A DNA stretch of 64,000 bases. Source: Candidatus Hydrogenedentota bacterium (lineage in GTDB: Bacteria > Hydrogenedentota > Hydrogenedentia > Hydrogenedentales > SLHB01). Shown here one piece after another: positions 59,913 to 64,000 of this stretch. The notes beneath the pieces are model-generated. The model saw nothing but the letters and a program-made list of their open reading frames with translations. It ran no database searches and was not told the origin of the DNA. The stretch spans positions 64,001-128,000 of the forward strand of contig CAXXYE010000007.1 of the NCBI GenBank assembly GCA_963674865.2. The letters are read 5' to 3'. The position numbers were made by a program, and so were the translations under genes. The stretch's first letter is position 1. Every line of letters begins with the position of its first letter.

Positions 59913-60376
59913 CAGACGACGTATTTCCCGGACAGATTCTCAGAGAGAAGCGAGAGCAACTGAATCTCGAGGTGGAAGAGGTCTACCGTGAAATACGCAT
60001 TCCCCCGGAATACCTGAGGGCTATCGAAGAAGGCGACTTTTCCGACGTGCCCGCTACCTGTTATGCCTTAGGCTATCTCAAAACCTACTGCACTTTCCTC
60101 GGCTATGATCCCGAGCCGTTCGTGGATGCTTTCCGCGCGTGCACGCGGCCGGCCAGCGGATTCCTTCGCATGCCGCGCCGGGATGATAAGGCGGCCCCTC
60201 CGGCATGGTGGTCGGGCGTGGTCTCCTGGGCGGCCGTCTGCGCCGTGCTGGCCTTGGCCTGGCTGGCCTACGCCGTCGCCGTGAATCCGCAGCCCGAGGA
60301 GAACGAGGGACGCGTCGAGGCCGTCACCATCGACATGGCCGTACCGTTTGGCTCCGCCGAGGACGTGCGTCCCTGA
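59909..60376 (+). CDS. Short RodZ-like HTH membrane protein
   Basis: PGQILREKRE...YLRAIEEGDFSDVP...YALGYLKTYCTFLG, then one TM and a short tail. ATGA overlap with ftsK. Confidence 0.85.
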   Translation: MTDDVFPGQILREKREQLNLEVEEVYREIRIPPEYLRAIEEGDFSDVPATCYALGYLKTYCTFLGYDPEPFVDAFRACTRPASGFLRMPRRDDKAAPPAWWSGVVSWAAVCAVLALAWLAYAVAVNPQPEENEGRVEAVTIDMAVPFGSAEDVRP

Positions 60377-60544
60377 CGCAAACGCCCTTCAAGTAGCCGT
60401 TTTCCCCTGAGGGCTCCGACATGCGCGGCGTGGGCCGATCTGCTAGAATGGACTTGCGCCGTGCGGCAAGGTGCAAGCCATCATCCTCTCCGGCGCATTC
60501 ACAAAGGAGGCATCTCCAATGAACTCATGGCGGAAAGCCGGGCA

Positions 60545-61141
60545 ATGAACCTTCCGAATCGATTGACGATGGGCCGTCTCGTGATGGTGCCTGTGTTTGT
60601 ACTGCTCTGTTCCTTCGATCATGTGGCCACGTACGCCGTCGCCTACGTTGTTTTCGTCGCAGCATCCATCACCGACTACTACGACGGCAAGATCGCCCGC
60701 AGCCGCAACCTCGTCACGAATTTTGGCAAGCTTTTCGATCCCGTCGCCGATAAGGTTCTTCTGTCGGCCGCCTTTGTCATGCTCATGGAGATTCCCGGCT
60801 TGCACATCCCCGCGTGGACTATCGTTGTCATCATCGCCCGTGAGTTCCTTGTCACCGGCGCGCGTTCCCTCGCCGCAACCGACGGCGTTGTCATCGCCGC
60901 CAATTCCTGGGGAAAAACCAAAGCCGTCATCCAGATGACGTACATCTTCACCTTCCTGTTCTTCGTCATCGTCGAGCGCGCCATCGCGCACTGGCTCCCT
61001 GATGGGATCGTTCTATACCGGGAAGCGCTTGGAATCACTTCCTACTGGGCCATCCTTTTTGTGGCCCTCTTCACGGCCTTCGCGGGGGTGCAGTTTGCCC
61101 GTCTCAATTGGCGCGCACTCAATCTAGGGAGGTTGACATGA
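60545..61141 (+). CDS. pgsA: CDP-diacylglycerol--glycerol-3-phosphate 3-phosphatidyltransferase
   Basis: MNLPNRLTMGR, TDYYDGKIARSRNLVTNFGKLFDPVADK, AREFLVTG, GKTK. Confidence 0.95.
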   Translation: MNLPNRLTMGRLVMVPVFVLLCSFDHVATYAVAYVVFVAASITDYYDGKIARSRNLVTNFGKLFDPVADKVLLSAAFVMLMEIPGLHIPAWTIVVIIAREFLVTGARSLAATDGVVIAANSWGKTKAVIQMTYIFTFLFFVIVERAIAHWLPDGIVLYREALGITSYWAILFVALFTAFAGVQFARLNWRALNLGRLT

Positions 61142-62259
61142 GCGCTACGTCGCCTTCTCGTGTCCACATCGACCTCAATGCTTACGCGGAGAATCTGGGC
61201 GTGGTCCGGCACATGTTGCCGGAGGGCTGCGCGATCATGGCCGTCGTAAAGGCCGATGCCTACGGGCACGGGCTGGTGCCGATCGCGCGGCGGGCCGTGG
61301 CGGAGGGCGTCGCGATGCTGGGCGTAGCCACCATCGACGAGGCCGTTGCCTTGCGCGACGCAGGGATTGACGCACCCATCGTTGTCATGCTCCAGCCCGC
61401 TCAAGGCAATCTTGCCGCGGTGGTCGAGTACGATCTCCGCCTTATGGTGTCCGACGTGGGAACGGTCGAGCGGCTCGGCGAACACGCCCGGCGCGCTAAT
61501 CGCGTTGCTTCCGTCCACTGCAAGATCGATTCAGGTATGGGGCGGCAGGGCTTTCAGATAGACAATGCCGAATCGGAACTCCTTTTCCTGACGCGCATCT
61601 CGAATATTGACATCGAGGGCATCGCCACGCATTTCCCCGTCGCCGAGCGGCCCAACGACTCATTCACCGGCGGGCAGATTCGCGCTTTCCGGAACCTTCT
61701 TCGGCACCTCGATAAGGCCGGCATACCCTTCGAGATCGCCCACGCCTCCAACAGCGCCGCCATCATCAATTATCCGAACGGCGTGTTCAACATGGTTCGG
61801 CCCGGCCTCATGACCTACGGTGTTTGGCCCCTGGGCGGGCGGCCGCGGCCCTCCGTGTTGCGTCCCGTCCTCCGCTGGGAGACCGAGCTCGTCCTTGTTA
61901 AGCAGCTCTCGGCAGGCGCAAGTATCGGTTACGGCCGCACCTACACGGCCCAACGGCCCATCCGGGTGGCCATCCTCCCCGTGGGCTACGCTGATGGCTA
62001 CAAGTATAACCTTGCCAACAAAGCCGACGTGCTTGTTGCCGGCAAGCGCTGTCCCGTGCGCGGCAATGTCTCAATGGATCAGATCGTCGTGGACGTCACC
62101 AGTGTCGACGGGGCCGCCCCGGGGGATACCGCGGTGCTCATCGGGAACGACGGCGAGCAGCGGATCACCGTCGAAGAACTGGCCGCCCACGCCCAAACCA
62201 TCCCCTACGATATCCTCACCGGTATCGGCTCCCGCGTTTCCCGCGTCTACGTCGAGTAA
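61138..62259 (+). CDS. alr: Alanine racemase
   Basis: AVVKADAYGHG, KIDSGMGRQG, HASNSAA, VRPG, VGYADG, SMDQ, TIPYDIL. Confidence 0.97.
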   Translation: MSATSPSRVHIDLNAYAENLGVVRHMLPEGCAIMAVVKADAYGHGLVPIARRAVAEGVAMLGVATIDEAVALRDAGIDAPIVVMLQPAQGNLAAVVEYDLRLMVSDVGTVERLGEHARRANRVASVHCKIDSGMGRQGFQIDNAESELLFLTRISNIDIEGIATHFPVAERPNDSFTGGQIRAFRNLLRHLDKAGIPFEIAHASNSAAIINYPNGVFNMVRPGLMTYGVWPLGGRPRPSVLRPVLRWETELVLVKQLSAGASIGYGRTYTAQRPIRVAILPVGYADGYKYNLANKADVLVAGKRCPVRGNVSMDQIVVDVTSVDGAAPGDTAVLIGNDGEQRITVEELAAHAQTIPYDILTGIGSRVSRVYVE

Positions 62260-62266
62260 TCACCGT

Positions 62267-62794
62267 ATGGCCGCCGTCTACTACATCGACGGATACAATG
62301 TCATTTACCACTGCAGTAAGCTGCGTCCCTTGGCCCTCGAAGACTTTGAAGCTGCGCGGGACGCCCTCATTGAGCGGGTCGCCCGATTCTGTGGTATGAC
62401 GCGCTGCCGCGCGCAGATCGTTTTTGATGGACGTGGCCGGCGTCACGAACGCGTTCTTCCGCCTCCGGGCGCCGTCGGTCTCAAGATCACGTATTCCGCC
62501 GCTCATCAGTCAGCCGACTCGCTGATCGAGCGGCTCGTTTACACAGCACACAACCGGCGCGATATACAGGTGGTGAGCAGTGATCGGGGGATTCGGGACT
62601 TGTGTACGGGACTGGGCGCCTTTGCCGTCCATCCCGACAACTTTCTGGGGACTATCGACGCTGCCGACGCCGAGTTTGATCGCTCTATCGCGATCTCCCG
62701 CCAGGCCGACCAGAAGCCGCGCGTCGAGGATCACCTCGATCAGGACGCCATAGACCGCCTCAACCGGCTCAAGGAATCTCTCGAGAACCAGTGA
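62267..62794 (+). CDS. NYN-domain (YacP/Rae1-like) protein
   Basis: YYIDGYNVI, IVFDG, SADSLIERL, VVSSD. Start at ATG 62267 inside ORF 61820-62794. Confidence 0.88.
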   Translation: MAAVYYIDGYNVIYHCSKLRPLALEDFEAARDALIERVARFCGMTRCRAQIVFDGRGRRHERVLPPPGAVGLKITYSAAHQSADSLIERLVYTAHNRRDIQVVSSDRGIRDLCTGLGAFAVHPDNFLGTIDAADAEFDRSIAISRQADQKPRVEDHLDQDAIDRLNRLKESLENQ

Positions 62795-62797
62795 GCT

Positions 62798-63844
62798 CTA
62801 CCTTGCCAGATCGGCCTGGTACTTCCGGTAGAGTCCACGAAACTGATGGTAGGTAAGCCCGAGCATGCTCGCCGCGCGCCGCTGATTGTACCGCGTCTGC
62901 TCCAAGGCGTTGCGCAGCATGGCAAGTTCCAGGTCGCGCACGGCGTCCGGCAGCGGCTTCGTAGGAAGCGAACGCGCCGCGCCCGCCGCGGCCGGCTCCG
63001 GCTCTTCACGCGCAACGTCTGGCTTCGCGTCATGCCTTGGCGCATAGGGAGAGGCCAGCGGATCGAATACGATGACGTCCACCTCGGCCGAATCGGCGCG
63101 ATAGACCGCCCGCTCGATCACGTTCTTCAGTTCCCGCACGTTTCCCGGCCACGTGTACTCCTCCAACGCGGCCAGCGCCCTCTCGCTGAATTCCGGCACC
63201 TCCTCGCGCCCCAATTCGTGCGCCATCCGCGCGGCAAAATGGCTGGCCAAAAGGAAGATGTCGCCCGTTCGCTCCCGCAACGGCGGCGCGTGCAGTACCT
63301 CAAATGATAGCCGGTCGAGCAAGTCCGCCTTGAATCGGCCCTTCGAGGCCAGCCGCCTCAAGTCTGCGTTGGTTGCGCCGATGATGCGCACGTCGACTCT
63401 GACAAGCGCCGAGCCTCCCACGCGCTCGAAGGTCCCATACTCCACCGCGCGCAGAACCTTTTCTTGCGTCTCCAAGGGGATGTTGCCCACTTCGTCAAGG
63501 AACAGCGTGCCCCCTTCGGCCGCCTCGAACCGGCCCTTGCGCCGCCCAAGCGCCCCCGTGAACGCCCCCGCCTCATGTCCGAACAACTCCGATTCAATCA
63601 GCGTCGGTGAAAGGGCCGAGCAGTTCAGCGCTACGAAAGGCTCCTGCCAGCGGCCACTCAAATAATGCAGCCGCGCCGCCGCCAGTTCCTTGCCCGTACC
63701 TCGCTCCCCGACGAGCAGCACCGGCCGATCCACCTGCGCTACTCGCGAAAGCCGCTCCTGGAATTCCAGAAATGCCTCCGATTGGCCGAGCGCCTCGTGC
63801 GCCCGTGTCACGGAGGCGTCCAAACCGCTGAGATCTTCCGCCAT
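62798..63844 (-). CDS. pspF: Sigma54-dependent phage shock protein transcriptional activator
   Basis: No N-terminal sensor domain; ALGQSEAFLEFQERLSRVA, GERGTGKE, LHYLSGRW, GAFTGA, LDRLSFEV, WPGNVRELKN, LGLTYHQFRGLYRKY. Confidence 0.92.
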   Translation of the reverse strand: MAEDLSGLDASVTRAHEALGQSEAFLEFQERLSRVAQVDRPVLLVGERGTGKELAAARLHYLSGRWQEPFVALNCSALSPTLIESELFGHEAGAFTGALGRRKGRFEAAEGGTLFLDEVGNIPLETQEKVLRAVEYGTFERVGGSALVRVDVRIIGATNADLRRLASKGRFKADLLDRLSFEVLHAPPLRERTGDIFLLASHFAARMAHELGREEVPEFSERALAALEEYTWPGNVRELKNVIERAVYRADSAEVDVIVFDPLASPYAPRHDAKPDVAREEPEPAAAGAARSLPTKPLPDAVRDLELAMLRNALEQTRYNQRRAASMLGLTYHQFRGLYRKYQADLAR

Positions 63845-64000
63845 GTTTCCCCCCGCTCTCGCAGTCACTTGCCATGATTTCGCTGTTTCAACCACATATT
63901 AGCAGATGAACCCACTCCGGACAATCATGTTTTCCGCGAATATGATCGCGTAAATCACTGTAATGCTCTTAGTTATCGCGATGCATCCGCGTGGGCATAG

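Noticed and set aside
61820..62266. N-terminal extension of the NYN ORF, and similar upstream extensions in the ORF track (5585, 14220, 19989, 34660, 38035, 50997, 54684, 60461)
   Set aside because: They overlap neighbouring genes, IS ends or promoters. Downstream starts have an RBS, signal peptide or family-typical N-terminus.

Overview
High-GC (roughly 63-65% by eye) bacterial chromosomal window. Gene content and style would fit an anaerobic, saccharolytic lineage such as Ca. Hydrogenedentota, but that is inference only. Core genes are a DEAD-box helicase, rsmA, recF-DUF721(dciA)-gyrB-gyrA, tRNA-Asp(GTC), a K+ channel, ftsK-rodZ-like-pgsA-alr-NYN, pspF, an RluA-family synthase and a YgiQ radical SAM. 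Accessory content includes many exported carbohydrate-related or unknown proteins, signalling genes (HEAT + HD-GYP pair, HDOD, orphan PAS kinase) and a lower-GC DUF4268 nuclease-like gene beside the tRNA 3' end. Mobile DNA: a complete IS1202-family element (2826-4407, 16-bp target duplication), an IS30-family element (~4467-5606), an orphan IS1202-type end (14192-14312) and REP-like elements near 49.8 and 50.8 kb. No CRISPR array, rRNA or prophage was seen. The strongest leads are: (1) a branched, covarying single-strand structure with DnaA-box-like stems and GC-GNA-GC mini-hairpins in the IS1202-type right end, present in two divergent copies; (2) an IS30 leader that can pair with the 3' end of its own transposase gene well beyond the terminal IR; (3) a HEAT-repeat/HD-GYP pair sharing a homologous unnamed N-terminal domain; (4) two tandem paralogous secreted proteins of unknown family next to a solute symporter.
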